Shown: positions 9,448 through 19,170, numbered from the stretch's first letter. The stretch is DNA of 64,000 nt from an uncultured Armatimonadetes bacterium (GCA_963717145.1 OY970325.1:704001-768000), one strand, 5' to 3'. The notes: generated by a model not told the origin, from the sequence alone. A program made the numbers and translations.

Positions 9448-10548
9448 CTACATGATCTGCATCGGCATGACGACGTAGAGGTAGTCGTCCTTGCCGACCT
9501 GCTTGATGACGCCGGCGTTGAGGGGGCCGCTGAGCTCCATGGCGATCCCCTCGGTATCGACGACGCTCAGGTACTCCACGAGGTACTTCGCGTTGAAGGC
9601 GATCTCGATGTCCTCGCCCTCCTTCACGATGTCCAGCTCGTCGTATGCCTTGCCGACATCGCCGCTCTCGGCGGTGACGGTCATGCGGTCGCCCTCGGTG
9701 CGCAGGATGATGCGGTTCGCATTCTCCCTGGCGACGATTGATGCCCTGCGGACCGTCGAAAGCAGCGACTCGGCGGGCATCGTGAGCTTTTTTTCGGACG
9801 ACTGAGGGATGATGCGGTCGTAGTTCGGGAACTGGCCCTCGATCAACCTCGATACGACCGAGGTGCCGTTGATCTGGAACTTGATCTGGTTCTCCGCAAT
9901 CGAGATGTTCACGCCGGTGTCCTCGTCCTCGAGCATCCGGCCGACCTCGCCGAGCGCCCGGCCGGGTACGATCGCGGTGGCTTCGCCCGTGGCGTTTGCC
10001 ACCTCGGAATCGCGGAGTGCGAGCCGGTGTCCGTCGCTTCCGACGAGACGAACCCCATCGCCATTGAGGACCAGCAGTATGCCGGTCAATATCGCCCTCG
10101 ACTCGTCCGGTGAGACGCAGAAGATCGTCTGCTTGATCATGTCCTTGAGGACCGATTGCGAGATCTCGAAGCTGTGTTCGTCCGGCACGTCGGGAAGGGC
10201 GGGGAACTCCTCCGGCGGGAGGCCGAGGATCGTGTAGTCGGACTTCTCGCATTTGACGTTCACGGCGTTCTGCTCGTTGACAGACAGGATCACGTCCGAC
10301 TCGGGCAGCGTCGCCAGGAACTCGCCGAGCACCCTGGCGGGCACAGTGAGAGCACCCTCCTCGTCGATGGTGGCGGGGATACTGCATTCGATCCCCATCT
10401 CCAGGTCGAACGACATCAACCGCAGATGGTCATCCTCGGTCTTGATGAGGACGTTGTTCAGAATCGGCAGTGCACTCCGTCCGGCGACTGCCCTGCTGAC
10501 AGTCTGGACGCCCTCGTGCAGGTCCTTCCTCGAGCATATGGCTTTCAT
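9448..10548 (-). CDS. dnaN: DNA polymerase III beta sliding clamp
   Basis: LPILNNVL, DLEMGI, SDGHRLA, SRLIEGQFPNY, IAFNAKYL, YVVMPM; start MKAIC with a GGGAGG RBS. Confidence 0.97.
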   Translation of the reverse strand: MKAICSRKDLHEGVQTVSRAVAGRSALPILNNVLIKTEDDHLRLMSFDLEMGIECSIPATIDEEGALTVPARVLGEFLATLPESDVILSVNEQNAVNVKCEKSDYTILGLPPEEFPALPDVPDEHSFEISQSVLKDMIKQTIFCVSPDESRAILTGILLVLNGDGVRLVGSDGHRLALRDSEVANATGEATAIVPGRALGEVGRMLEDEDTGVNISIAENQIKFQINGTSVVSRLIEGQFPNYDRIIPQSSEKKLTMPAESLLSTVRRASIVARENANRIILRTEGDRMTVTAESGDVGKAYDELDIVKEGEDIEIAFNAKYLVEYLSVVDTEGIAMELSGPLNAGVIKQVGKDDYLYVVMPMQIM

Positions 10549-10711
10549 GCAGCGACCCTCCCTGAGCATTTCGGAATGTGTTGGTGAACGACTCGTAATA
10601 CATGCGCCTGCCTGGTCCCAGGCGTGGCCGAGACAGTATAGCACAGGGAGGGAAGTGCAATCAATATTTGAATGATTGCCAGCAGCATGCTTCAGCGCTA
10701 TAATCTACCAC

Positions 10712-11350
10712 ATGGAGAGTCTGGTCCTCACGGTTGACCCCGCTGTTCCTGATCCTGAGGTCATTCAAACGGCGGTGGAGGCGATTCGGCGGGGCGAACT
10801 GGTCTCGTTCCCGACGGAGACAGTCTATGGTCTCGCGGCCGATGCGTTCAACGATGATGCCGTCGCACGCGTCTACGAGGTAAAAGGCCGGCCTGCGAAC
10901 AACCCGCTGCCAGTGCAGGTGGCTTCTGCGGACGACATCAGACAAGTGGCGATCGATATCCCGGATGTGGCATGGGAGCTGATCCGCCGGTTCATGCCCG
11001 GCCCGCTCACCATCGTCTTGCGCGCATCGCCCGGTCTGCCCGACATGGTGACTGCAGGGACTGGGACCGTTGGCGTCCGAATCCCCGATCACCCCGTCGC
11101 GCTCGCGTTGATCCGGGCAGCCGGAACCGCTATCGTCGCCCCGAGCGCGAATCCATCCGGCGAACCGCCTCCCCCAAGCGCCGAGGAGGTACTCGCGTAT
11201 CTCGATGGCCGGATCGAGTACATCCTCGACGCCGGCCCGACACTGCTCAAGATCGCTTCGACGGTCGTCGATCTGACCTGCACGCCTCCGCGAATCCTCC
11301 GGCACGGCGCAATCAGCGAAGAAGACCTCGCTCCGTTCCTCAAGCGCTGA
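10712..11350 (+). CDS. tsaC: L-threonylcarbamoyladenylate synthase (TsaC/Sua5 family)
   Basis: FPTETVYGL, KGRPANNPL, PGPLT, APSANPSG, STVVD. Confidence 0.95.
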   Translation: MESLVLTVDPAVPDPEVIQTAVEAIRRGELVSFPTETVYGLAADAFNDDAVARVYEVKGRPANNPLPVQVASADDIRQVAIDIPDVAWELIRRFMPGPLTIVLRASPGLPDMVTAGTGTVGVRIPDHPVALALIRAAGTAIVAPSANPSGEPPPPSAEEVLAYLDGRIEYILDAGPTLLKIASTVVDLTCTPPRILRHGAISEEDLAPFLKR

Positions 11351-11440
11351 TCGACCTACCGCCTGTGTTTAGCGATTTATCGCTTCGGGAATGCACAGAT
11401 GATGGAGTCCGGCTCCATACTCCCAAACACGGAGAGGATC

Positions 11441-12589
11441 ATGCCCGATCCACGATTGCCGATCACCAGCGACGAAGGCTTCTACGAAATGCGCTTCGAG
11501 TCTATCGGTGGACTCGGAAGCAACCTCGCGAGCCAGATGCTCGCCGAGGGTCTCGTGCTCAATATGGGCTTCAACGGCGCGAACTTCTCCTCTTACGGCT
11601 CTGAGAAGAAGGGATCGCCGGTCACCTCGTTCATTCGCATCTGCGAGTGCGACAGGGACGTCCGGAGCAGCAGCCCGGTCGAGCGCCCCCACCTGCTCGC
11701 CATCTTCCATGAGCAACTGATCAGCATTCGGGGGATGACCGAGGGTCTGTACCCGGAGAGTGCGGTCGTGGTGAACACGTCGAGCGATCCGGCGACCATG
11801 CGAGAGATCATCGAACTGCCAAGCGGGTCGGTCGTGACCCTCGACGCCATGAAGATCGCGATCGAGGAGAAGTCGAGAATCAACACTGCGATGCTCGGTG
11901 CGATCGTTCGGGCGTCCGGCTTCATCGACCGGGACGCGATTCGGAAGGTCATCTCGGACACGTTCTCCACGAAGTATCCCGCGCTCGTCGAACCGAACCT
12001 GCGGACGTTCGACCGGGGTTTCGATGAGTCGCAGGTCCAGAGCTTCGAGCCGGATGGTCGATACGAGTTCAAGCCGTATCAGCGGCTGATCCCGAAGCTC
12101 GGGTATCGGAACCAACCGATGGGCGGCACGATCACGAACCCCGGGAACACCGTCCTGAAGGACCTCAGCTCGGCGCGGCATGGATACTACCCGCTGTATC
12201 ACCGCGATCGGTGCATCGACTGCGGGCTCTGCGACATGACCTGCCCGGACTACGTGTTCGTGTGGGAGATGGGCGTCGACAAGCAGGGGAAGCCCGCTCC
12301 CGTCCTGCGCGGTCCGAACCTCCAGTACTGCAAGGGCTGCCTCAGGTGTGTCGAGATATGCCCTGTCGATGCGCTGACGAAGGAAGAGGAGACGGGCCTT
12401 CATACCCAGCCGTCGGACGTGCAGCTTATCGGCCCGATCGAGGCTATCGCGGACATGAGCCAGGCGGATGTCGAGCCGGCCGGGCGCTCCTTCGATGAGG
12501 AGAAGGCGGCGGAGTACGTGACCGCGGGCGATGATACTCATACCTGCGAGGTCGATGCCGGCGAAATCAGGACTAGGAGCGATAGATGA
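11441..12589 (+). CDS. 2-oxoacid:ferredoxin oxidoreductase, gamma + delta(ferredoxin) fusion
   Basis: ESIGGLG, YGSEKKG, NTAMLGA; two 4Fe-4S motifs, CIDCGLCDMTCP and CKGCLRCVEICP. Confidence 0.92.
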   Translation: MPDPRLPITSDEGFYEMRFESIGGLGSNLASQMLAEGLVLNMGFNGANFSSYGSEKKGSPVTSFIRICECDRDVRSSSPVERPHLLAIFHEQLISIRGMTEGLYPESAVVVNTSSDPATMREIIELPSGSVVTLDAMKIAIEEKSRINTAMLGAIVRASGFIDRDAIRKVISDTFSTKYPALVEPNLRTFDRGFDESQVQSFEPDGRYEFKPYQRLIPKLGYRNQPMGGTITNPGNTVLKDLSSARHGYYPLYHRDRCIDCGLCDMTCPDYVFVWEMGVDKQGKPAPVLRGPNLQYCKGCLRCVEICPVDALTKEEETGLHTQPSDVQLIGPIEAIADMSQADVEPAGRSFDEEKAAEYVTAGDDTHTCEVDAGEIRTRSDR

Positions 12590-14955
12590 CACAGACAACT
12601 GCCAAGCCGTCACAAGAAGCAAAGCAGATAACCGATTTCCGGAAGGGCAACGAGATGGCGGCCATCGCCGGGAAGCACATCAACTTCCATGTTATGGGCT
12701 ACTACCCGATCACGCCCTCGACCGAGATCGCCGAGGAACTCGACGAGATGTACGCCGAGGGCCTGCACGACATTCGGATGATCCCCGCTGACGGGGAACA
12801 TGGCGCCGCCGGGATATGCTACGGCGCCTCGCTCGGCGGAGGGCGAGTGCTGAACGCTACGAGCGCGAACGGCCTCTTGTACTCGATCGAGCAGCTTCCG
12901 GTGCAGTCCGGCACGCGCTTTCCGATGGTGCTGAACGTCGTTACCCGCTCAGTGAGCGGCCCGCTCGACATCAGGGGCGACCATTCGGACATCATGATGG
13001 CGCTGAACTGCGGCTGGATCATCCTGATGGCGCGGGATCCCCAGGCTGTGTACGATATGAACATCGTGGCGGTCAAGATCGGCGAGCACCCCGATGTCCG
13101 GCTACCGGTCATCGTCGCCAGCGACGGGTTCTTCACGAGCCACCAGAAACGGCGTGTGAAGTACTTCGAGGAGTGCAAGGTTGTACAAGAATTCCTCGGC
13201 ACATTGTACATACATATAACTCCGCTCGATCCTGAGTACCCCGTCACAATCGGGCCGTACATGAACGATCCCGACATGATCAACAACAAGTATCAGCTCC
13301 ACCTTGCGATGGAGGCGGCCGCGGGAGTGATCCCCCAGGTCTTCGAGGAGTATGGCAGGCTAAGCGGCAGGCGCTATCCCGCTGTCGATGCTTACAGGAT
13401 GGAGGACGCCGAGGCGGCCCTCTTCCTTGTGAACTCCGCGGCTGACACGGCGAAGGATGCCGCCGACCGCCTGAGGTCCGAGGGGCACAAAGTCGGCGTG
13501 GTCAGCCCGAATGTGATCCGCCCATTCCCGGCGGAGGAGATACGGTCGGCCTGCAGGAATGTGAAGGCCCTCCTGATCGCCGACCGAGCGGACTCTTACG
13601 GCGCATCGGGCGGCAACATGTCGCTCGAGGTCCGGGCGGCCTTGAAGCAGGACCCGGCGAACCGGACTCTCTGCGCGTCACGGATCTATGGGCTCGGCGG
13701 TAAGGACTTCTACGTTGAGGACGCCGAGGAGATGCTCCATACGGCGCTCAAGGTGGCTAAGGAGGGCAAGGTCGAGATGCCGTTCGACTACTTCGGCGTG
13801 AACCCCGGCGATCCCGACGTGAAACTGGAGTACGAGCAGCCGCCGATCAGCCTGGAGGAGTCCTCCCCCGGGATCAATAGCGTGCACGCGGAGAGCGCCC
13901 GGCCCTCACCCCCGACCCCTCTCCCAGAGGGCGAGGGGAGTCCCCCCTCGCCCTCTGGGAGAGGGGTCGGGGGTGAGGGCCGGGCGCTCTCCGGCAAGGC
14001 GACCGTCGGCACGACGCGTCAGTTGGCAATGATGCCCCAGCGGATCGCTCCCGGTCACGGCGCGTGCCCTGGATGTGGGATCTTCCCGAGCGTCGATCAG
14101 TTCCTCAAGGGGATCGAAGGTCACGTAGTACTGCTCTTCCACACCGGCTGTGGGATGGTGGTCACCACGGGCTACCCGTTCAGCTCGCATCGAGTCACCT
14201 ACATCCACAACCTGTTTCAGAACGGCGCCGCGACTCTCTCCGGCCTGGTCGAAGTGTTTCGTGAGATGAAGCGGCGCGGTGACCTTCCGAAGGACCGCGA
14301 CATCACGTTTGTCATGGTGACGGGCGATGGAGGCATGGACATCGGCCTCGGACCGACGGTCGGCGCGGCATTGAGGGGTCATCCCATGATCGTCCTCGAG
14401 TACAACAACGAGGGCTACATGAACACCGGCAACCAGCTCAGCTACTCGACTCCGCTCGGCCATGCCACTTCCACGAGTCACGTCGGCCCGAAGCAGACCG
14501 GCAAGTGGTTCCACGAGAAGGACATGGCGCAGATCATGGCGGCCTCCGGTGCGCCTTATGTGTTCACGAGCGTCGAGGGCCTGGCGACGGACCTCGTGAA
14601 GAAGGGCGCGAAATCCCAGTGGCATACGAAGCAGGGACACTTCGTCTACGGACGCGTGCTGAGTGTCTGCACCTTGAGCTGGCGCAGCGACGAGAATCTC
14701 GGGACGAAGGTCGTAAAAGCGGCGGTCGACTCCTGCGCATGGCCGGCGTTCGAGATCGAGAACGGCATCACGACTATCAACTACGATCCGGAGGAGAAGG
14801 GCAAGCGCATCCCGCTCGGCGACTGGCTCGGCATGATGGGCAAGACGAAGCACCTGCTCAAGCCGGAGAACGCCGAGGTGCTGGCGGAGTTGGAGCGCGA
14901 GACCGAGCGCCGCTGGCGTCGTCTGAAGGCGATGCACGAGCATCCCCTCTTGTAG
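12586..14955 (+). CDS. 2-oxoacid:ferredoxin oxidoreductase, alpha + beta(TPP) fusion
   Basis: YPITPST, EHGA and DGFFTSH (alpha); GHGACPGCG, TGC and GDGG...NNEGYMNTG (beta). Confidence 0.92.
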   Translation: MTQTTAKPSQEAKQITDFRKGNEMAAIAGKHINFHVMGYYPITPSTEIAEELDEMYAEGLHDIRMIPADGEHGAAGICYGASLGGGRVLNATSANGLLYSIEQLPVQSGTRFPMVLNVVTRSVSGPLDIRGDHSDIMMALNCGWIILMARDPQAVYDMNIVAVKIGEHPDVRLPVIVASDGFFTSHQKRRVKYFEECKVVQEFLGTLYIHITPLDPEYPVTIGPYMNDPDMINNKYQLHLAMEAAAGVIPQVFEEYGRLSGRRYPAVDAYRMEDAEAALFLVNSAADTAKDAADRLRSEGHKVGVVSPNVIRPFPAEEIRSACRNVKALLIADRADSYGASGGNMSLEVRAALKQDPANRTLCASRIYGLGGKDFYVEDAEEMLHTALKVAKEGKVEMPFDYFGVNPGDPDVKLEYEQPPISLEESSPGINSVHAESARPSPPTPLPEGEGSPPSPSGRGVGGEGRALSGKATVGTTRQLAMMPQRIAPGHGACPGCGIFPSVDQFLKGIEGHVVLLFHTGCGMVVTTGYPFSSHRVTYIHNLFQNGAATLSGLVEVFREMKRRGDLPKDRDITFVMVTGDGGMDIGLGPTVGAALRGHPMIVLEYNNEGYMNTGNQLSYSTPLGHATSTSHVGPKQTGKWFHEKDMAQIMAASGAPYVFTSVEGLATDLVKKGAKSQWHTKQGHFVYGRVLSVCTLSWRSDENLGTKVVKAAVDSCAWPAFEIENGITTINYDPEEKGKRIPLGDWLGMMGKTKHLLKPENAEVLAELERETERRWRRLKAMHEHPLL
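13889..13993. repeat. 105-nt palindromic element, in frame inside the oxidoreductase gene
   Basis: Perfect 50-bp stem (CGGAGAGCGCCCGGCCCTCACCCCCGACCCCTCTCCCAGAGGGCGAGGGG) with a 5-nt loop. Confidence 0.92.
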
Positions 14956-14982
14956 GGGCAGTAGGGGCCATCCTTCTCCACT

Positions 14983-15097
14983 ACCGTCAGTCCTGAGTGC
15001 GCCGATGAATGACGGCGTGTATCGAAGGACGGCTCAGTGCCGCAAGGCCGTCCTTCGATACACGCCGTCATTCATCGGCGCACTCAGGACTGACGGT
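14983..15097. repeat. Long palindrome (GTCAGTCCTGAG...CGAAGG type) between convergent genes
   Basis: Perfect 51-bp stem with a 13-nt loop. Confidence 0.9.
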
Positions 15098-15121
15098 GGG
15101 TCGGCAGTGAGGGGATAGCAC

Positions 15122-16159
15122 TCAGGAGCGGAGGGCGAAGAACATGCCCTCCAGCGCGAGTTGGGCGGTGATGTTGCCCTCCAGGTAGCGCCGGGTCGCC
15201 ATGATCGAGTTGATCCCCGATCGGAGGCGGCCTGTCGAATACGCGCCCGCATGAGCACGCAGCGACTCCTCGAAATCGACGTTGGTGAGCACTGCCCGGC
15301 CGCCGAGCACCTTGATCTGGAGCAGATCGGCATACCACGATTGGATGTAGTCTAGCAACACCTGGAGACGGCGCACGGTCGTCTGACCTTCCCCTTCCTC
15401 ACTCTTGCTTGGTTTGGCGATCTTGCGGAGGGTCTCCGCCGCCTTCAGAGCCGCGATCGCGGGCGAGTCTGCCCACCACTGGAGTACCTCCAATGCCGCG
15501 CGACGGTCCTCGAGCATATCCGGGTCGGACGCCATGCTGATCGCGCGACCGATTGCGCCCTCCGACGACGAGGCGACGATCCGTGCCTGATCATCCGAGA
15601 GGTCGAACCTCGAGCGCAGGACTTCCTCGACCTCGGTTGTGGCGCTAGCACGGAACCGAACCAGCCGGCATCGAGAACGGATCGTTGGCAGCAGGGACGA
15701 GGGATTGCGTGAGAGCAGGATCATCACCGCATAGTCGGGCGGCTCCTCGAGCACCTTGAGGATGCTGTTCTCGGCAGCGGCGTTGAGCGTGTCCGCCTGC
15801 TCGATGATGCACGCGCGCCGCTTACCGTGTACCGGCGCGTAGACCAGGTTCGCGATCATGTCGCCCATCTGCTTGATGAGCGTCTGGTTCTTCTCCGGCT
15901 GGATGAGCTGCACATCGAGGTCCGTGCCGGCTTCGATGCGTATGCATGACAGACAGTTGCCGCAGGAGTCGCCCTCCGGAGTGGGATCATCGCAGTTCAA
16001 GGCAGCGGCAAAGGCCAGCGCGGTGGATGTCTTGCCGACGCTTTTCGGCCCGGCAAACAGGTATGCGTGCGCGAGCCCCGTCGAGCCGGACTGCTTGTGA
16101 AGCGAGGACTGCAGGGCACGGACTGCCACGTCCTGCCCGTGAATGTCGGAAAACTTCAT
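15122..16159 (-). CDS. holB: DNA polymerase III delta' subunit
   Basis: HAYLFAGPKSVGK, C...CGNCLSC zinc site, AAENSILKVLEEPP, LLPTIRSRC. Confidence 0.95.
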   Translation of the reverse strand: MKFSDIHGQDVAVRALQSSLHKQSGSTGLAHAYLFAGPKSVGKTSTALAFAAALNCDDPTPEGDSCGNCLSCIRIEAGTDLDVQLIQPEKNQTLIKQMGDMIANLVYAPVHGKRRACIIEQADTLNAAAENSILKVLEEPPDYAVMILLSRNPSSLLPTIRSRCRLVRFRASATTEVEEVLRSRFDLSDDQARIVASSSEGAIGRAISMASDPDMLEDRRAALEVLQWWADSPAIAALKAAETLRKIAKPSKSEEGEGQTTVRRLQVLLDYIQSWYADLLQIKVLGGRAVLTNVDFEESLRAHAGAYSTGRLRSGINSIMATRRYLEGNITAQLALEGMFFALRS

Positions 16160-16161
16160 GC

Positions 16162-16491
16162 CTAGAACCGCTCGAACCTCTCCACGTCAACGACGAAGAT
16201 GACCGCGCCACCGACCAGGACCTTGACCGGGCTGGGCATGAACACGCCGATCGGCCCGGCATCGGGCGGGACGAAATTGGCGTACTGCTCTCTGGTCTTG
16301 CAGCTATCCTTGATGACGTTGATCAGCTCATCGAGTCGCTTGGCCTCGACACCGATCAGGAACGTGACGTTTCCGTCCCTCAGAAAGCCGCCGGTACTGG
16401 CGAGTTTGGTGAACTTGAAGTTGTTCCGAAGCAGCGTTTCCGCGATCCTGTTCTTGTCGCGATCGTGGATGATGGTCATGACCAGTTTCAT
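16162..16491 (-). CDS. darA: Cyclic-di-AMP receptor, PII-like (DarA/PstA/YaaQ)
   Basis: MKLVMTIIHDRD...TKLASTGGFLRDGNVTFLIG...C..RE...VGGAVIFV; lies between tmk and holB. Confidence 0.9.
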   Translation of the reverse strand: MKLVMTIIHDRDKNRIAETLLRNNFKFTKLASTGGFLRDGNVTFLIGVEAKRLDELINVIKDSCKTREQYANFVPPDAGPIGVFMPSPVKVLVGGAVIFVVDVERFERF

Positions 16492-16512
16492 GCGTTACCC
16501 CCGGATTCTGTA

Positions 16513-16667
16513 GCTGCCCGTAGGGGAGGCCTTCAACGGCCTCCCGTGACGCGGGCGTTGCCCGTAGGGGAGGCCTTCAACGGCCTCCCGTGACGCGGGC
16601 GCTGCCCGTAGGGGAGGCCTTCAACGGCCTCCCGTGATGCGGGCGGGAATAGAGGCACCGCCCCTAC
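16513..16667. repeat. Three tandem 44-bp GTAG-REP units plus one inverted REP (BIME-like cluster)
   Basis: Unit GYTGCCCGTAGGGGAGGCCTTCAACGGCCTCCCGTGAYGCGGGC at 16513, 16557 and 16601; inverted ...CCGCCCCTAC ends at 16667. Confidence 0.92.
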
Positions 16668-17278
16668 GGAGATAGCCTCTTCTCGACGATGCTCAATATG
16701 CGTCGGTGGATCGATTCGATATCCTCGGATGCGTCGAGGACGACGATCCGCTCCGGATGAAGTCGGGCCTCCTCCAGGAAGCCCTGTCGGACCCGCTCAT
16801 GATATTCTACGGCCTTGCGCTCCATCCTGTTCCAATCCTTCTGGCGCGTCAGGCCCGTCTCGATGTCGATGTCAAGCAGGAAAGTAACGTCCGGCTCGAT
16901 GCCGCCGGTCGCGAATGAGTTAAGGCGGTGAATCAGATCGAGATCGAGCCCGCTCCCGTATCCCTGATAGGCGACCGTCGAGTCTGCGAACCGGTCGCTG
17001 ATGACCGTGAACCCGTCGGCCAGGTGCGGGCGAATGATGAACTCGGCGTGCTGAGCGCGGGCCGCCTCGTAGAGCAGAACCTCGGTTCGGTCCGCGACCG
17101 AGTGATCGGCGCTGTCCAGGAGTATCTTGCGAATCTCCTCGCCGACCGGATCACCGCCCGGCTCTCTTGTGAGCTTGACCGTGATCCCTCGCTGAACGAG
17201 TGCGTCGGCGAGCAGTTGGGCCTGGGTCGATTTCCCGCATCCCTCCGGCCCCTCGAATGTGATGAAACACGATGGCAA
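16664..17278 (-). CDS. tmk: Thymidylate kinase
   Basis: FITFEGPEGCGKSTQ, TREPGG, SDRFADSTVAYQG. Confidence 0.97.
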   Translation of the reverse strand: MPSCFITFEGPEGCGKSTQAQLLADALVQRGITVKLTREPGGDPVGEEIRKILLDSADHSVADRTEVLLYEAARAQHAEFIIRPHLADGFTVISDRFADSTVAYQGYGSGLDLDLIHRLNSFATGGIEPDVTFLLDIDIETGLTRQKDWNRMERKAVEYHERVRQGFLEEARLHPERIVVLDASEDIESIHRRILSIVEKRLSP

Positions 17279-17304
17279 GACGACGAAACCCCCTCGATAT
17301 CTGC

Positions 17305-17403
17305 GCCCCTCCTTACGAAGGAGGGGCCGGCCAGCAGGCCGGGGGAGGTTCGCATGCGGAAACCCCCTCGGCCCAGAGGCCGGTCCCCCTTCGTAAGGGG
17401 GAC
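17305..17403. repeat. Family C repeat, inverted pair
   Basis: CCCCTCCTTACGAAGGAGGGGCCGG... inverted against ...CCGGTCCCCCTTCGTAAGGGGGAC. Confidence 0.85.
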
Positions 17404-17417
17404 ACTCTCGCTGCGGT

Positions 17418-18950
17418 CTATGGTTTCGACACGCGCACGTGGCGATACGGCTCCGTGCCGATGCTCTCGGACACCAGTTTGTTCTCAGCTATCAGTTGAT
17501 GCTGAAGCCTGCGGACGTAGCTCGTCTGAGCCATCAACTCCACGTACTGTTCCTCGCCGTCCAGAATCCTCTCAATAGCCTCTTCCGCCTCGCGGAGCCC
17601 CACGTCCTCCTCCTGGAAGTCCGAGACCCTGAATATGGATTTGACGACGTTTGCGATCTGCGTATAGGTGTTGCTCTTGATCACATAGACGGGCGTGTCG
17701 CCCAGGGACGCCTCTCTCAGCTTCGTCGGCTCCTTGCGCGAGTGAGCCTTGAGCGTGAGAACGACATCCGCGTTGCTCGAATCCTTGGTGATATACGCCG
17801 GCACTCTCAGCTCGCGTATGGCCCGTTCGAGCCGGTTTCTGCTGACCCCGTACGGGAAAATGCGAACCGTCTGAGGCAGCGGCTTGCCGGCGGTGACCGC
17901 CTGCGCGACCATGCTGATCTCCTCCATCGGGCGAGTCGTGATGTCCGCTTCCTGCACGACCTCGACCTCGCCCTCCGGGTTCCGCACGCGGATCTCAGGC
18001 CTCGGCGGCGTCCCCCTCAGCAGCTTGTCCACGACCATGGCGACGTCGTGGTGGATCGCCAGCTTGTCGACCTCCATGATCTCGATGACCACGTCGAACG
18101 TCGGAGGCGCTTTGCGTTCGAGCACGGTCTTCTGTGTGCCGCGACGCTTGGCCTCCTCGTCGCTCAGGGTGACCGCCTGAATCCCGCCCACGAGGTCCGA
18201 GAGGGTCGGGTTCATCAGCAGGTTCTCGAGCGAGTTGCCGTGCGCGGTGCCGATCAGCTGGACGCCGCGCTCGGCGATGGTCCGAGCGGCGAACGCCTCC
18301 TCTTCGGTGCCGATCTCGTCGATGACGATGACCTCTGGCATGTGGTTCTCGACCGCCTCGATCATCACCGCGTGCTGCTGTTCGGGCGTGGCAACCTGCA
18401 TCCGGCGCGCGTGGCCGATGGCGGGGTGGGGGATATCGCCGTCGCCCGCGATCTCGTTCGACGTGTCCACGATCACGACGCGCTTCTTGAACTCGTCGCT
18501 GAGGACTCGGGCGACCTCGCGGAGCTTTGTGGTCTTGCCGACTCCCGGTCGGCCGAGCATGAGGATGCTCTTCCCGCTCTCCACCACGTCGCGGATGATG
18601 TCGATCGTGCCGTAGACCGCGCGCCCGATGCGGCAGGTGAGGCCGACGACTCTGCCCTGACGGTTGCGGATGGCCGAGATGCGGTGGAGGGTGCGCTCGA
18701 TGCCGGCGCGGTTGTCCTTGCCGAACTCGCCGACGCGCGCGACCACGTAGTCCAAGTCTTCGGGGGTGATCTCGATATCGCAGAGCCCCAGCACTCTCGT
18801 CGGGAATCGCGCCTCCGCCTGTCTGCCGAGGTCCATCACGATCTCGAGCAGGTCCTCGAGATCGGGCTGCTTCTCGAGGCACTCGCGAATCGGCGGCGGC
18901 AATACTTCGAGCAACTGATCCAGGTTGTCGGTGATCTTTTCCTGTCGCAT
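17418..18950 (-). CDS. Ycf45/SpoIIIAA-like AAA ATPase with C-terminal R3H domain
   Basis: GRPGVGKTT, DTSNEIAGDGD, EVIVIDEIG, TAHG; R3H motif RRLQHQL...SESIGTEP.R. Confidence 0.9.
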   Translation of the reverse strand: MRQEKITDNLDQLLEVLPPPIRECLEKQPDLEDLLEIVMDLGRQAEARFPTRVLGLCDIEITPEDLDYVVARVGEFGKDNRAGIERTLHRISAIRNRQGRVVGLTCRIGRAVYGTIDIIRDVVESGKSILMLGRPGVGKTTKLREVARVLSDEFKKRVVIVDTSNEIAGDGDIPHPAIGHARRMQVATPEQQHAVMIEAVENHMPEVIVIDEIGTEEEAFAARTIAERGVQLIGTAHGNSLENLLMNPTLSDLVGGIQAVTLSDEEAKRRGTQKTVLERKAPPTFDVVIEIMEVDKLAIHHDVAMVVDKLLRGTPPRPEIRVRNPEGEVEVVQEADITTRPMEEISMVAQAVTAGKPLPQTVRIFPYGVSRNRLERAIRELRVPAYITKDSSNADVVLTLKAHSRKEPTKLREASLGDTPVYVIKSNTYTQIANVVKSIFRVSDFQEEDVGLREAEEAIERILDGEEQYVELMAQTSYVRRLQHQLIAENKLVSESIGTEPYRHVRVSKP

Positions 18951-19111
18951 AGGCGTTTCTCGGTACTATTCTACCACATAGTACGCGAGACTATGTTTCA
19001 GGTTGACGAGCAAAATTCCTTCCGGGGTCAGGAGACAAGGGGCAGCCGATTGGACTATGGTTGGGGTTTTGGACCGGAGAGGCGGCACCAGACCTGGCCA
19101 CGGTCGTTCAG

Positions 19112-19170
19112 TTTGCCGCCGTGCAACGACTTCGAGCAGCTCGATGAGAGTGCTACCTCTTGGTGTGTTG
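19112..19170 (-). pseudogene. Degenerate prepilin N-methylation motif (possible remnant of a third DUF1559-type gene)
   Basis: PRGSTLIELLEVVA compared with RGFTLIELLVVIA in the two upstream genes. Confidence 0.45.

Noticed and set aside
10549..10700. oriC next to dnaN
   Set aside because: No DnaA boxes or AT-rich unwinding element seen.
16513..16644. CRISPR array
   Set aside because: The three 44-bp units are contiguous with no unique spacers, carry GTAG REP feet, and no cas genes are present.
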